64,000 nt of DNA from Octopus sinensis (taxonomy: Eukaryota): contig NW_021832610.1 of NCBI RefSeq assembly GCF_006345805.1, forward strand, positions 39,891 through 103,890. The letters are read 5' to 3'. Position 1 is the first letter of the stretch; each line of letters begins with the position of its first letter. The notes below the pieces were generated by a model that saw nothing but the letters and a program-made list of their open reading frames with translations, was not told the origin of the DNA and ran no database searches. Of this stretch, positions 15,001-27,874 are shown in pieces. The position numbers were made by a program, and so were the translations under genes.

Positions 15001-17394
15001 TCCAATTTTTAGTTTTTTTGTCCTATTTTGAGTTTATTTGTACTATTTTTAGTTTATTTGTCCTATTTTAAATTTATTTGTTCTATTTTTAGTTTATTTG
15101 TTCTATTTTTAGTTGCTGTTCTATTTTTAGTTTATTTGTTCTATTTTTAGTTGCTGTTCTATTTTTAATTGCTGTTCTATTTTTAGTTGCTGTTCTATTT
15201 TTACTTGCTGTTCTATTTTTAGTTGCTGTTCTATTTTTAGTTTATTTGTTCTATTTTTAGTTTATTTGTCCTATTTTTAGTTGCTGTTCTATTTTTAGTT
15301 TATTTGTCCTATTTTTAGTTGCTGTTATATTTTATGTTGCTGTTATATTTTTAGTTGCTGTTCTATTTTTAGTTTATTTGTTCTATTTTTAGTTGCTGTT
15401 CTATTTTTAGTTGCTGTTCTATTTTTAGTTTTTTTTGTCCTATTTTTAGTTGCTGTTCTATTTTTAGTTTATTTGTTCTATTTTTAGTCGCTGTTCTATT
15501 TTTAGTTTATTTGTCCAATTTTTAGTTTATTTGCCCTATTTTGAGTTTATTTGTCCTATTTTTAGTTTATTTGTCCTATTTTAAATTTATTTGTTTTATT
15601 TTTAGTTTATTTGTTCTATTTTTAGTTGCTGTTCTATTTTTAGTTTATTTGTTCTATTTTTAGTTGCTGTTCTATTTTTACTTGCTGTTATATTTTTAGT
15701 TGCTGTTCTATTTTTACTTGCTGTTCTATTTTTAGTTGCTGTTCTAATTTTAGTTTATTTGTTCTATTTTTAGTTTATTTTTCCTATTTTTAGTTGCTGT
15801 TCTATTTTTACTTTATTTGTCCTATTTTTAGTTGTTGTTCTATTTTTAGTTGCTGTTCTATTTTTAGTTTATTTGTTCTATTTTTAGTTGCTGTTCTATT
15901 TTTAGTTGCTGTTCTATCTTTAGTTTATTTGTTGTATTTTTAGTTGCTGTTCTATTTTTAGTTTATTTGTCCTATTTTTAGTTGCTGTTCTATTTTTAGT
16001 TTATTTGTTCTACTTTTAGTCGCTGTTCTATTTTTAGTTTATTTGTCCAATTTTTAGTTTATTTGTACTATTTTGAGTTTATTTGTCCTATTTTTAGTTT
16101 ATTTGTTCTATTTTTAGTTTATTTGTCCTATTTTTAGTTGCTCTTCTATTTTTAGTTTATTTGTCCTATTTTTAGTTGCTGTTATATTTTTAGTTGCTGT
16201 TCTATTTTTAGTTGCTGTTCTAATTTTAGTTGCTGTTCTATTTTCAGTTGCTGTTCTATTTTTGTTGCTGTTCTATTTTTAGTTTATTTGTTCTATTTTT
16301 AGTTTATTTGTCCTATTTTTAGTTGCTGTACTATTTTTAGTTTATTTGTCCTATTTTTAGTTGCTGTTATACTTTTAGTTGCTGTTCTATTTTTAGTTTA
16401 TTTGTTCTAATTTTAGTTGCTGTTCTATTTTTAGTTGCTGTTCTATTTTTAGTTTATTTGTCCTATTTTTAGTTGCTGTTCTATTATTAGTTTATTTGTC
16501 CAATTTTTAGTTTTTTTGTCCTATTTTGAGTTTATTTGTCCTATTTTTAGTTTATTTGTCCTATTTTCAATTTATTTGTTCTATTTTTAGTTTATTTGTC
16601 TAATTTTTAGTTTTTTGTCCTATTTTGAGTTTATTTGTCCTATTTTTTAGTTTATTTGTCCTATTTTAAATTTATTTGTTCTATTTTTAGTTTATTTGTA
16701 CTATTTTTAGTTGCTGTTCTATTTTTAGTTTATTTGTTCTATTTTTAGTTGCTGTTCTATTTTTACTTGCTGTTCTATTTTTAGTTGCTGGTCTATTTTT
16801 ACTTGCTGTTCTATTTTTAGTTGCTGTTCTATTTTTAGTTTATTTGTTCTATTTTTAGTTTATTCGTCCTATTTTTAGTTGCTGTTATATTTTTAGTTGC
16901 TGTTCTATTTTTAGTTTATTTGTTCTATTTTTAGTTGCTGTTCTATTTTTAGTTGCTGTTCTATCTTTAGTTTATTTGTTCTATTTTTAGTCGCTGTTCT
17001 ATTTTTAGTTTATTTGCCCAATTTTTAATTGATTTGTCCTATTTTGAGTTTATTTGTCCTATTTTTAGTTTATTTGTCCTATTTTTAATTTATTTGTTCT
17101 ATTTTAAGTTTATTTGTCCTAATTTTACTTGCTGTTCTATTTTTAGTTTATTTGTTCTATTTTTAGTCGCTGTTCTATTTTTAGTTTATTTGTTCCATTT
17201 TTAGTTGCTGTTCTATTTTTAGTTTATTTGTTCTATTCTTAGTTGCTGTTCTATTTTTAGTTGCTGTGCTATTTTAAGTTTATTTGTTCTATTTTTTGTT
17301 GCTGTTCTAATTTTAGTTTACTTGTACTATTTTTAGCTGCTGTTCTATTTTTAGTTTATTTGTCCTATTTTTAGTTTATTATTACTATTTTTAG
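1..17394. repeat. T-rich satellite array of 18-bp (TTGCTGTTCTATTTTTAG) and 20-bp (TTTATTTGT[T/C]CTATTTTTAG) monomers with higher-order structure; runs off the window start
   Basis: The monomers can be read continuously from 1 to 17394. Rare variants recur at fixed spacings: agtggctg at 6051/10315, tttcagatta at 6311/10575, and tgtacgat at 12861/14723. Confidence 0.97.
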
Positions 17395-18922
17395 AATGTC
17401 TGGAATGTCAGGAATGTCTGGAATGTCAGGAATGTGTGGAATGTCAGGAATGTCAGTACCGTCTTTGATCTCTGTCAGCACCGTGCTTGATGTCTGTCGG
17501 CCCTCTCTTTGATCTCTGTCGGCACAGTCTTTGATCTCTGGAATGTCAGGAATATCTGGAATGTCTTGAATGTCAGGAATGTCTGGAATGTCAGGAATGT
17601 CTGGTGTGTCAGGAATGTGTGGAATGTCAGGAATGTCACTACCCTCTTTGATTTCTGTAGGCACCGTGTTTGATCTCTGTCGGCCCTCTCTTTGATCTCT
17701 GTCGGCACCGTTTTTGATCTCTGGAATGTCAGGAATGTCTGGAATATCTTTAATGTCTGGAATGTCAGGAATGTCTGGAATGTCATGAATGTCTGGAATG
17801 TCAGGAATGTCAGGAATATCAGGAATGTCAGGAATATCAGGAATGTGTGGAATGTCAGGAATGTCAGGAATGTCTGGAATATCTGGAATGTCTGGAATGT
17901 CTGGAATGTCACGAATGTCTGGAATGTGTGGAATGTGTGGAATGTGTGGAATGTCAGGAATGTCAGTACCGTCTTTGATCTCTGTTGGCACCGTGTTTGA
18001 TCTCTGTCTGCTCCCTCTTTGATCTCTGTCGGCACCGTCTTTGATCTCTGGATTGTCAGGAATGTCGGGAATATCTGGAATGTCCGGAATATCTGGAATG
18101 TCAGGAATGTCTGGAATGTCAGGAATGTCTGGAATGTGTGGAACGTCAGGAATGTCAGTACCGTCTTTGATCTCTGTCGGCACCGTCTTTGATCTCTGGA
18201 ATGTCAGGAATGTCTGGAATATCTGGAATGTCTGGAATGTCCGGAATGTCTGGAATATCTGGAATGTCAGGAATGTCTTGAATGTGACGAATGTGTGGAA
18301 TGTCAGGAATGTCTGGAATGTCATGCATGTCTGGAATTTCTGGAATGTCATGAATGCCTGGAATGTCTGGAATGTCATGAATGTCTGGAATTTCAGGAAT
18401 GTCAGGAAAGTCAAGAATGTCAGCACCGTCTTTGATCTCTGTCAGCACCCTCTTTGATCTATTCGGTCCTCTCTTTGATCTCTTTCGGCATCCTCTTTGA
18501 TCTCCGTCGACACCGTCTTTGATCTCTGTCGACACTCTCTTTGATCTCTGTCGGCACGCTCTTTGATCACTTTCGGCACCCTCTTTGATCTCTGTCGGCA
18601 CCCTCTTTGATCTCTGTCGGCACTATCTTCGATATATGTCGGCACCGTCGCTGATCTATGTCGGCACTCTCTTTGATCTCAGACGGAACGCTCTTTGATC
18701 TCTTTCGGCACGCTCTTTGATCTCTTTCGGCACCCTCTTTGATCTCTGTCGTCACAGTCTTTGATCTCAGGAATGTCAGGAATGTCTGGAATGCCTGGAA
18801 TGTCAGGAATGTCTGTAATGTGTGGAATATGTGGAATGTCTGGAATGTCAGGAATGTCTGGAATGCCAGGAATGTCTGGAATTTCTGGAATGTCTGGAAT
18901 ATCAGGAATGTCGGCACCCTCT
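17395..18922. repeat. Composite minisatellite: runs of GGAATGTC[A/T] 9-mers alternating with runs of 22-mers (GGCACCGTCTTTGATCTCTGTC)
   Basis: Read directly. 22-mer blocks start near 17456, 17639, 17965, 18157 and 18421 (long run to ~18767). Confidence 0.95.
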
Positions 18923-19029
18923 GTTTCATGTGTGTATGTTAAATCCGCAAATTTCGAAGCGGAAAACAGGATCGAACTGTCATTTGCTTCCACGGAAATA
19001 CCCGATAAAGTGTTTTGATTTTGTCGAGT

Positions 19030-19512
19030 TTGGACACTAAACTCTGCTTGCGAAGACTTGTTGAGGCGAGTGAAATCGAAATCGAAATCAAATTCGATGA
19101 CTGGCATCCGTGCTATCGTTCCCAGAGCAAGAAGCTTGCCTCCGTGCCGATGGGCACGTAATAAGCACTATTCGAGCGTGATCGTTACCTGCGTCGTCTT
19201 ACTGGTACAGGAAAAAACATTCGAGCAACGTCGTTGCCAGTGCCACTGGACTGGCTCCTGTGCAGGTGACACATAATAAGCACCATTTGAGCGTGGCCAC
19301 TGCCAGTACCGCCTGACTGGCCGTTGTACCGGTGGCACGTAAAAGCACCCACTACACTCTCGGAGTGGTTGGCGTTAGGAAGGGCATCCGGCTGTAGAAA
19401 TTCTGCCAGATCAGATTGGAGTCTGGTGCAACCATCTGGTTCGCCACTCCTCAGTCAAATTGTCCAACCCATGCTAGCATGGAAAGCGGACATTAAACGA
19501 TGATGATGATGA
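19030..19512 (+). mobile_element. 5'-truncated RTE-type LINE 3' UTR with (GAT)n tail
   Basis: Ends in ccaacccatgctagcatggaaagcggacattaaac(gat)n. The same tail follows an RTE C-terminal ORF at 55946-56793. Confidence 0.75.
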
Positions 19513-19819
19513 TATCGAAAGAATACCATACTAAGAAATGAAAAAATGCGAAATAAAAGTAAATATGACAACAATGAATCTATATAATTGATTATTGATA
19601 GTTTTCAGTAGATTCATTGTTGTCATATTGATTTCGATTTCGATTTGCGAAGACTTGTTGAGGCAAGTGAAATCGAAATCGAAATCAATATGACAACAAT
19701 ATATATATATTGTGTATGTATATACACGCACACGTAACTAAACTCGTATATGTATTAGATTTGTATGAAATAATCGAAACTGCGTTTGTGTAATGATAAC
19801 AAAATATTCTTTAATGAAA

Positions 19820-20022
19820 GGCGGCCAGCTGGCAGAAGCGTTAGCACGCCGGGCGAAATGCGTTGACGTATTTCGTCTGCCGTTACGTTCTGGGTTCAAA
19901 TTCCGCCGAGGTCGACTTTGCCTTTTATCCTTTCGGGGTCGATAAATTAAGATGTAATCGACTAGTTCCTTCCCCCAAATCCCAGGCCTTGTTCCTATAC
20001 TACCTATAGTAGAAAGAATTAT
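19820..20022 (+). mobile_element. tRNA-derived SINE, family S1
   Basis: Head ggcggc.agctggcagaa...ttcaaattccgccgaggtcgactttgcc. Homologous copies at 40016, 49057 and 52008. Confidence 0.75.
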
Positions 20023-20437
20023 TGTTTAATGCGAAATATTGTGAAAAAGAATAATTGTGCTTGAGAAAGCCACAACCATGTAGTTTGGGAAATGAGTTTG
20101 ATTTTGAAATACGGATTTCTATTGTTTTCACCACTCATTCCAGAGATACGATTGACTGAACTTTCATACTGAATTATCAAACAGTGGATAAATCTTCTAT
20201 AGCCATTTGTTCGAGATGCTACGCGTTAGGATTGAACGCAGGACTTCATCCACCACAACAATATTTACTAAAAGAATAGTTACAAAGAAAAACAAAAACA
20301 AAAGCCAAACGGCGCTGCAAGGGAAGCAGCTCCCTTGAGTCTCCGCTATACCCCGAGAGTTACCTCCCTTAGACCGTTAACTTTAGTTAGCTAAAATTTT
20401 TTTGTTGCTTTCAAAACTTGTCCTCAAGCAGCAACGG

Positions 20438-20800
20438 TGGGAGGCGCAATGGCCCAATGGTTAGGGCAGCGGACTCGCGGTTTCGATTCCCAGACCGGGT
20501 GTTGTGTGTATTTATCGAGCGAAAACACCTAAAGCTCCGCGAGGCTCCGGCAGGGGGTGGTGGCGACCCCTGTTGTACTTTTTCGCCCCAACTTTCTCTC
20601 ACTCTTTCTTCCTGTTTCTTGTCCCCGACTTCCTACGCAACCGCTAAGCCTGGATGCGCATTCATCCATCCGTCGATGCTCTCGGTGTCGGTGGTTGACC
20701 TGCTTTCTCTTCTGCGGGTCTTACGAATAGCAAAGGACCACGTTTCGAACTTCTCCCACTGGGACGAAGACCGCTTCGCTCAACAAACAAACAAGCAGCA
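20438..20800 (+). mobile_element. tRNA-derived SINE, family S3
   Basis: A-box/B-box head ggaggcgcaatggcccaatggttagggcagcggactc...ttcgattccc. Homologous to 30465-30778(-) and 55478-55590(+). Confidence 0.7.
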
Positions 20801-21607
20801 ATGGTGTTTTGAAATATGCTGCATCCATACACTTCATTGAGTATGCACCTGGGCGATGTTTCTTGCCTTCTGGTAAAATGAGAAAATGAAACGCCTTATA
20901 AAACTTTGGTGTATGCCAGAGAGGTCAATATTTCCATAAGTGCATCTTTCTTGGAGGAACCCAAGAAAGCTAATCTCAAGTTGTCAAGCAATATAGGCGA
21001 CAACAATGCACACACATACATGGGCGAATAACACACGCGTGTGTGTGTTTGTGTCTGCCATTGCCCTTTGGCAATCCATCGTTTTTGATCTCGGAAATGT
21101 TCGGTAATTTCCGTAAAACACGGAATTTTGTCAGTGAACAGGTCGCGGTCTCAAAGCGACGAAAATATTTTGACAAATTAAATTTATATGTCGAAGTGAA
21201 TCTAACGGTTTTTGTGTGTTTCTTAAATGGCTTACAAACACCATCCACGCTGCAATTATTTTTATTATTTTACTTCCTTTTTCAGCTCTCACACTCTCTT
21301 TCTACACGCACACACATACATACACAGAGAAATATACATACATGCACATATATACACAAAAATATAAGCGATTCGTGAAAACATAAAACATGTATATTCA
21401 TGTCTGTATGTCACTGATCAAGTCGATATTGCAAATGAAAGACAATGAATGCGTGTGTGCGACTGTGTTTTTCACTGTTCAGCTGCAAAAAATAAACATT
21501 AAAGAAATAAAAAATTTTATACGGAACTTGCCGAACAAATACTTACATTTTTCCGAGACCTAAAACGATGCATTGCTAGTCTTTTTTTTTAGGAATTTCA
21601 GTGTTTG

Positions 21608-21693
<86 letters not shown>

Positions 21694-21742
21694 TGCTCTT
21701 TCCCCCTCCGTCTTCCCTTCTCTGGATCTTTCCTCTTCATAT

Positions 21743-21777
21743 GTTTCTGACGAAGAGCTCCGCTCGAAACGTTAAAC
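21743..21777 (+). ncRNA. Minimal type-I hammerhead ribozyme motif (Penelope/retrozyme-like)
   Basis: gttt-CTGACGA-a-gagc(tcc)gctc-GAA-ACGT-T-aaac. Stem I gttt/aaac, stem II gagc/gctc, palindromic stem III ACGT. Confidence 0.6.
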
Positions 21778-21882
21778 CCTCCTTCTTCCCTTCCTTCCTG
21801 AGTGTCCAATAATACTATATTTGTTCCACGTCCTCGCGTTGTTGTGTTTTCTCTTTGTGTTTTCATGTTTGGATTAACAATA

Positions 21883-22278
21883 TCTTTATATATAAAAGAA
21901 GTTGTGTGTCTGTCTCCTACGATTTAGATTCCTAACTACTCCCACATTTTGCGGTGCAGTTTAACCAAAACCGGGTATCTTATAGTCGTGATTCATATCG
22001 AGCCCTTCTGGGTATTAGCGCGCGTCTACGATGAGTCTACGATTTTAAAAATAATTTACCATCATTTTTTTCTATTTTAATGCATTTTTACGCTATTATA
22101 TAAGGGAAGTAACTCTCTAAAAATGTCCACGATGAGTCAACGATTTAAAAAAAAATTGACCATCATTTCTTTTCCATTTTTAATGCATTTTTTTGCTATT
22201 TTTTGTTTATAACTCTCTAAAAATGCTTATATAGTTATTTCCCTTACAAACCCGAGCAACGCTGGGCGATACTGCTAG
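21883..22278 (+). mobile_element. Non-autonomous Helitron
   Basis: A|TC 5' end, subterminal GC hairpin cccgagcaacgctggg, CTAG|T 3' end. A close copy lies at 38441-38838(-). Confidence 0.8.
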
Positions 22279-22294
22279 TATATATATATATATA

Positions 22295-23170
22295 GGGTCA
22301 TTCCATAAATAATGCAGTTTTTTTCAATTCATTGAACTAAAAGTTGGAGGGGAACGGGATAAATAACCTGCATCAATTTACTAAAAAACCAGGTAGTAAT
22401 TTTAACTTGTGCTTATTCTTAGTGCAAGTTTTGAAGAGTGCAGTTCGATTTTAACTTATTTTTGCAAAGCTATAATGGAAGGGAAAATGGAGCATGTTCA
22501 CCATATTTTGCTTTATGAATTCAATAAAAGCAACAACGTAATGGAAAGTGTGAGAAATATTAAAGCAGTATATGGGGATCAGACAATAAGTATAAGCCAG
22601 TGTCAATAGTGGTTCCAGAAATTCCAAGCCAGAAATTAAAGCCTAGAAGACAAACCCCGTCCTGGAAAATTTGTAAAGCATGGCGAGGACGTCCTGCAAA
22701 CCCTAGTAGAACAAAATCCCATCGTAACTGTTGAAGAACTTGCAGAGAAGCTTGGATTTGGTCATTCAACCACTCATTCATGTCAGTGCTATAAGAAAAA
22801 TGACCAAATTTGGTTTCAAGATGAAAAGGGTTCTTCCGAGGATGACAGTTTGAATGGGAAACGATACCCTAACCACCATATTCGCCGGACATTACCCCAT
22901 TTGCTTCTCATTTATTGTGCAATCTTCAAAGTCATTTGGACAGAAAAAATATGAATCTGTAGACGAGGTCAGAACAGTACTGGAGGAGTATTTTTTGTCA
23001 TGGACAAGTGAATTTTGGAAGAGGGGCCTTGCAAGTCTACCAGGTAGATGGAAGAGCATTGTAGAAAATGGAGTGTATATTTTAGATTAAAAAAGAACTT
23101 TGTTTATCTTAATTTTGGAAAATAAAAGAAATAATTTTAAAAAAACACATTAGTTAGGGAATGACCCAAT
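22295..23170 (+). mobile_element. Internally deleted mariner element
   Basis: TIRs tagggtcattccataaataatg / cattagttagggaatgacccaata. N-terminal HTH peptide (HILLYEFNKSNN...ISISQCQ), PPYSPDITP motif near 22873, and C-terminal ...LPGRWKSIVENGVYILD. Confidence 0.85.
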
Positions 23171-23176
23171 ATATAT

Positions 23177-23566
23177 TCTTTTATTTGTTTCAGTCATTTG
23201 GCTGCAGCCATGTTGGAGCACCACCTTTAGTCAAAAAAATCGCCCCCAGGACTTATACTTTGTAAGCCTAGTACTTATTCTATTAGTCACTTTTGCCGAA
23301 CCGCTAAGTTATGGGGACGTAAACACACTAGTATCAGTTCTCAAGCGATGGTGGGGGACAAACACAGACACATAAATATATACGTACACACACACATATG
23401 TATGACGGGCTTCTTTCAGTTTCCCTCTACCAAATCCACTCAGAAGGCTTTGGTCGGCCTGAGGCTATAGTAGAAGACACTTGCCCAAGTTGCCATGCTG
23501 TGGGATTGAACCCGGAGCCATGTGGTTGGTAAGCAAGCTTCTTACCACACAGCCACTCCTGCACCT
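23177..23566 (-). mobile_element. tRNA-derived SINE, family S2
   Basis: Reverse complement of ggagtggctgtgtggtaag...cagtcaaatgactgaaac. Copies at 34697, 39003 and 59225. Confidence 0.8.
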
Positions 23567-23626
23567 CATTCTCTCTCTCTCTCTCTCTGATTGATTTAAG
23601 TATGTTTCTCCATTTTCTAATTTTGT

Positions 23627-23697
<71 letters not shown>

Positions 23698-24016
23698 CAT
23701 ACATACATACATACATACATACCTTTGAAACGCGGAGTAGACGAAACAGGGAAAGCTGAAGGGGAATATTCCTTGTGTTGTATGTCTTGTACTCTGCTTT
23801 TTTGTTGTTTGAAAAGAAGTTCGTTTCCATGTTTTTGTTTTTATGTTTTCGTTTCTCATTGTGTTCAACGTTTTTTTGATGTCCTGTTTCCATATATGCA
23901 TGTATATATACATATAGATGTAGGTATGTACATATATGTATGTATATATGTATATATTTATATATTATATATATATATATATATAAATAATATATATATA
24001 TATAAATAATATATAA

Positions 24017-24052
<36 letters not shown>

Positions 24053-24063
24053 TATATAAATAA

Positions 24064-24163
<100 letters not shown>

Positions 24164-24237
24164 TATATATATATTTTCGTCCAACCCATGCTAGCATGGA
24201 AAGCGGACATTAAACAATGATGATATATAAATATATA

Positions 24238-25130
24238 CTAGCAGAGATACCTGGCATTGCTCGAGATTAAGATGGCATAGCTTGTATATAATATATTACA
24301 ATTATGTGGAAACAAGTGATATGGGAAAGTGCAGCATAGAGAACAAAACATTTGTGGAGTAAATACTGGGTTAATTTGACTAAGCAACATGCTATGCGTC
24401 TGTTTGGAGTATTTCAGGCCCTAACCTGTCATGGAAAATTGGAGGTAGGGGGTTATGTGATTTTTGAATGCACCGAAAAGCTGTCTGGATATACTCTCCC
24501 TTGCAGCAGTTGGCGCTGTGTCTAACACGACCCATCATATGAAATTTTGACACTTGTGTCCGGTTTGTTGTCCTACATTACTCATGAAGTAAATTTGGAG
24601 GAACTGTTGTTGTTCATTTGTTGGTAATAGGGAACCAATTATGTGGAAACATGTGATATGGGAAAGTGCAGCATAGAGAACAAAACATTTATGGAGTAAA
24701 TACTGGGCAATGACAGACTTGCCCTTGAACTTTGATCTCAGCGTAAATTCATTTTTTATCTATCTTTTTAGATGCACCAAACAATGTCATTTGAAATGCA
24801 GAGTTATATTGTCTGATATTGTTCAGAAAATCCTTTGACTGGATGGAAGTGCCTTCTAAAAGATTCATAAGAGGCTGAGAAGGAGCTGGCAGTGCTAGCC
24901 ATGTTACCTGGCCGCTTGAGCAGCACATATCATTTGTTTCATTTGAAAATTTTAAAGCTCTACATAAATGACAGTTTGTGTTTAGCACACCAGTTTGGAC
25001 AGAGTTATCATTTTTATAAGAATAGGATGGATCATATCTGAAAACAGCTTCAGGAGTTGTGAAGAATGAATTTGTACATAGTCTGTTTTTGAGAGCTGTT
25101 CTACTGGACCTCTGTCTAATCTTTAAAACA
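24238..25130 (-). mobile_element. Helitron remnant with 3' hairpin-CTAG end and a Rep-helicase fragment
   Basis: CTAG at 24238-24241 with adjacent hairpin. ORF 24749-24988 reads CHLCRALKFSNETNDMCCSSGQV...SKDFLNNIRQYNSAFQMT, a typical Helitron RepHel N-terminal motif. A ~70-bp duplication lies at 24300/24640. Confidence 0.75.
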
Positions 25131-26089
25131 TTGATTTAATGATCCAGCATGAAGTGCTGCAACATGCATTTGTTGATCTTGAGAAAATCTCATCTCTCTT
25201 CAGACTTGCGCCTTCGGTTTTCTACAATCCTCCTTGCTTTGTACTTGTTTCTAGAGAGATTACATCTTTTCTGTGTTTCTCCCGCTCATTCTGTAAAAAT
25301 TTATTTGAAGAGAGCAGAAATTGAAAGAAGAGAAAGCGAAAAGAACAGAGAAAGTGAAAGATGTATGTACACCTATATGAAATGGATGTGTGTGTGCACA
25401 TGTGCGTGTGCATATGTGTGTGAGAGAGAAAGAGCGTGAAAAAGAGAGAAAGAGTGAGTGAAGGTGTGTGTCATGATGATTAATGACTTATAAGGTACAC
25501 ACATATATAGAAAATGTGCGCCATCGTATAACATGCTTATGATAGTTGATTTATGGAAAAGATTATAATGTAAAATTTTTGAAATGCAATTATGTGAATG
25601 GAAATTAAGTTTAATTTGTAGCCGAAATAGTACTGAATCTTTTGATACCCTATATGTCAAAATCTGTAACTCGGTTTTGGAATGCATAAGGAATATATTT
25701 ATGTATAAAACAGACTTCTTTCAAACTGAAAGTATTATCTCACATTACAATAGAGACATAATACTGAAATAGTGTAAGAGATAAGAGATTGCTCTGGGCT
25801 CGCATTATGCAGGAAGTTGGAAATATTTTTGGCCCATGACACTGCATGGACTTTGGCTTTTGTATTTGATGACAGTTAAAGTATTTTATTTAGATTTTAT
25901 GTATATATGTATGTATGAGCCAATGAGGGAGAGACCTCTACATGGTAGCTAGACCTGGCAGAAATAGCAGCCACATCTCCCTCAAAACACCCTACTGTCT
26001 TAATCTGATAATTCTGCCTATTATGTAGTTTGAATGAGAAACTGTAACTAAAGATTAAGATTATTAACCCCAAAATACATATACATATA

Positions 26090-26317
26090 AATATATATAT
26101 ATGTGTGTGTGTGTGTGTATTACATTGACTCATGAGCCAAGAGTTTCATTTTTGGTATTTACCAAATAATTAAAAATAAAAAACCTACACATTGACATTC
26201 CCATATATATATGTGTGTGTGTGTGTGTGTATATTACATTGACTCATGAGCCAAGAGTTTCATTTTTGGTATTTACCAAATAATTAAAAATAAAAAACCT
26301 ACACATTGACATTCCCA
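26090..26317. repeat. Local tandem duplication of ~115 bp
   Basis: Two consecutive near-identical copies of (ta)n(tg)n-tattacattgactcatgagccaag...cattgacattccca. Confidence 0.9.
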
Positions 26318-26899
26318 ATGTTAATGGGAATGGAATGATTGTCACACAATCATGATTTCCTTTTACTATTGATATTTAATTTATGTATAAGTAGAAGATG
26401 GTGGTGTTTGGCAAAGTCATCAGAGCTTCAAACAAAATACCTTGCTGTATTTGTTTCGGCTTCTCAATTTTTTAGATCAAATCCTGCCAGAATCAATTTT
26501 TTCTTTCATACTTCCAACAATACTTCTGACACTCATATATACGTGCTTTCATACACTCACCTACTACCATTCACTTTCACATATACAGTTCCTCTCTTAA
26601 TGTAGACCCCATTAAAATGGACGACCCAAAAGAAAAGAAAGATATATGAAATAGTTAAGTATACTGACATATTTTGTTATTTACTTTATCTTTCTGATTT
26701 CAAATCCCGTTCCACTTGCTTTTGTATTTTACATACTCCATCCAAAAAACAAGCAATTAAATCTATTGTACGAGGGAACTGTAATGCGGGGAAATAAGAT
26801 ACGGTTCACCTACCTTCTCGTTGTTGGCTGTCCAGCTGTACTAAGTCCAAAATTCATGCCCTACTGTCACACCTAACAATAGCAGCTGCTACTACCAAT

Positions 26900-27870
26900 T
26901 CCGCAGGCTCGCTTTGTTCACGTTTGTTCATGGTGAGTGCTCCAAGCTGAAAGAGGATGACCCTAGTCTTGCTTCCCTTATTTCGTCTCTCCCATTTCCA
27001 GTTCTGGTCAGGCCCCTTCACTGTTGACATCACAACCCTTTCCTTCCAGCTCATGTCATCCTTCCCCCACCACCGCAATCTCAAAGATCACCTCCTCACT
27101 TTATTCCATGTCAAAATCTACCATCCACCTGGGTGGATGCTTCACATGCTGTGATCTCCATAGTGAGGGAGTCTTGTTCTCTTTCTCTCCTCCACTTTTG
27201 TTGTCCAATGAAGTGACTATTCTACAAGCATCCAAGACGTGACACGGAATTCCATCCAGAGAAACATTATTTTTTGAATTAACAGCCATCACTGTTCCTC
27301 TGTTCCACTGGGATGTGCAGTGTACCTTCGGGAGCTTGACCCAGACTTCATTTCCTTGCTTCAGGAAGATAGGCCTTCTCTCATCTGCATGGCATTCTGA
27401 TGGTTTACTCAGATGCCACTATTCATATCTGAATATCATTGTGCGACATGGATTCTTTGGCCTGTCCTGATTGGGACAACATATTGTACCAGAATACTGC
27501 TTCCAGCAGTGAGGTGCACCATGTCTCCACCATGGCCTTGATTGTTTAACAATGTCTTTCCATGATCCCATTTCCACTCGGCTTGTATGCCACTCTGAAG
27601 AAACGGCGTATATCCCACTTATCAAGCATCACCTTCAGTATGTTCGAATGAAATGCAGTGCTGTTGTCCATCAGCAATTTGTCCACAGGGCCATGCTCCA
27701 GGAATATCTCATTCAGGATATGTGGAATCTCGTCTGCAGTGCCCATTTTCAATTCCTTCCAAATGACCATCTGACTCGGCCCACACGCAAGAGATATCAT
27801 ATATTAGGGGAGGCCTGTATCAAGATGATACTCTCCTTACTGTGGTTAATGACTCTTCTTTGCCCCTTGT
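26900..27870 (-). pseudogene. Degenerate Gypsy-type LTR-retrotransposon integrase fragment
   Basis: ORF 27546-27800 reads IFLEHGPVDKLLMDNSTAF...YKPSGNGIMERH (integrase core D...E). Frameshifted C-terminal pieces follow. Confidence 0.75.
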
Positions 27871-27874
27871 AAGA

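Noticed and set aside
1-17394. Telomeric or CRISPR-like array
   Set aside because: There is no TTAGGG run. There are no unique spacers, only alternating related monomers, and the context is eukaryotic.
19765-19800. Possible hammerhead (tgtatga...cgaaactgcgt)
   Set aside because: The core lacks CUGA and there is no convincing stem I or stem II.
23720-23775. ctgaagg followed by the palindrome ggaatattcc
   Set aside because: No downstream GAAA or stem III; at best a decayed motif.
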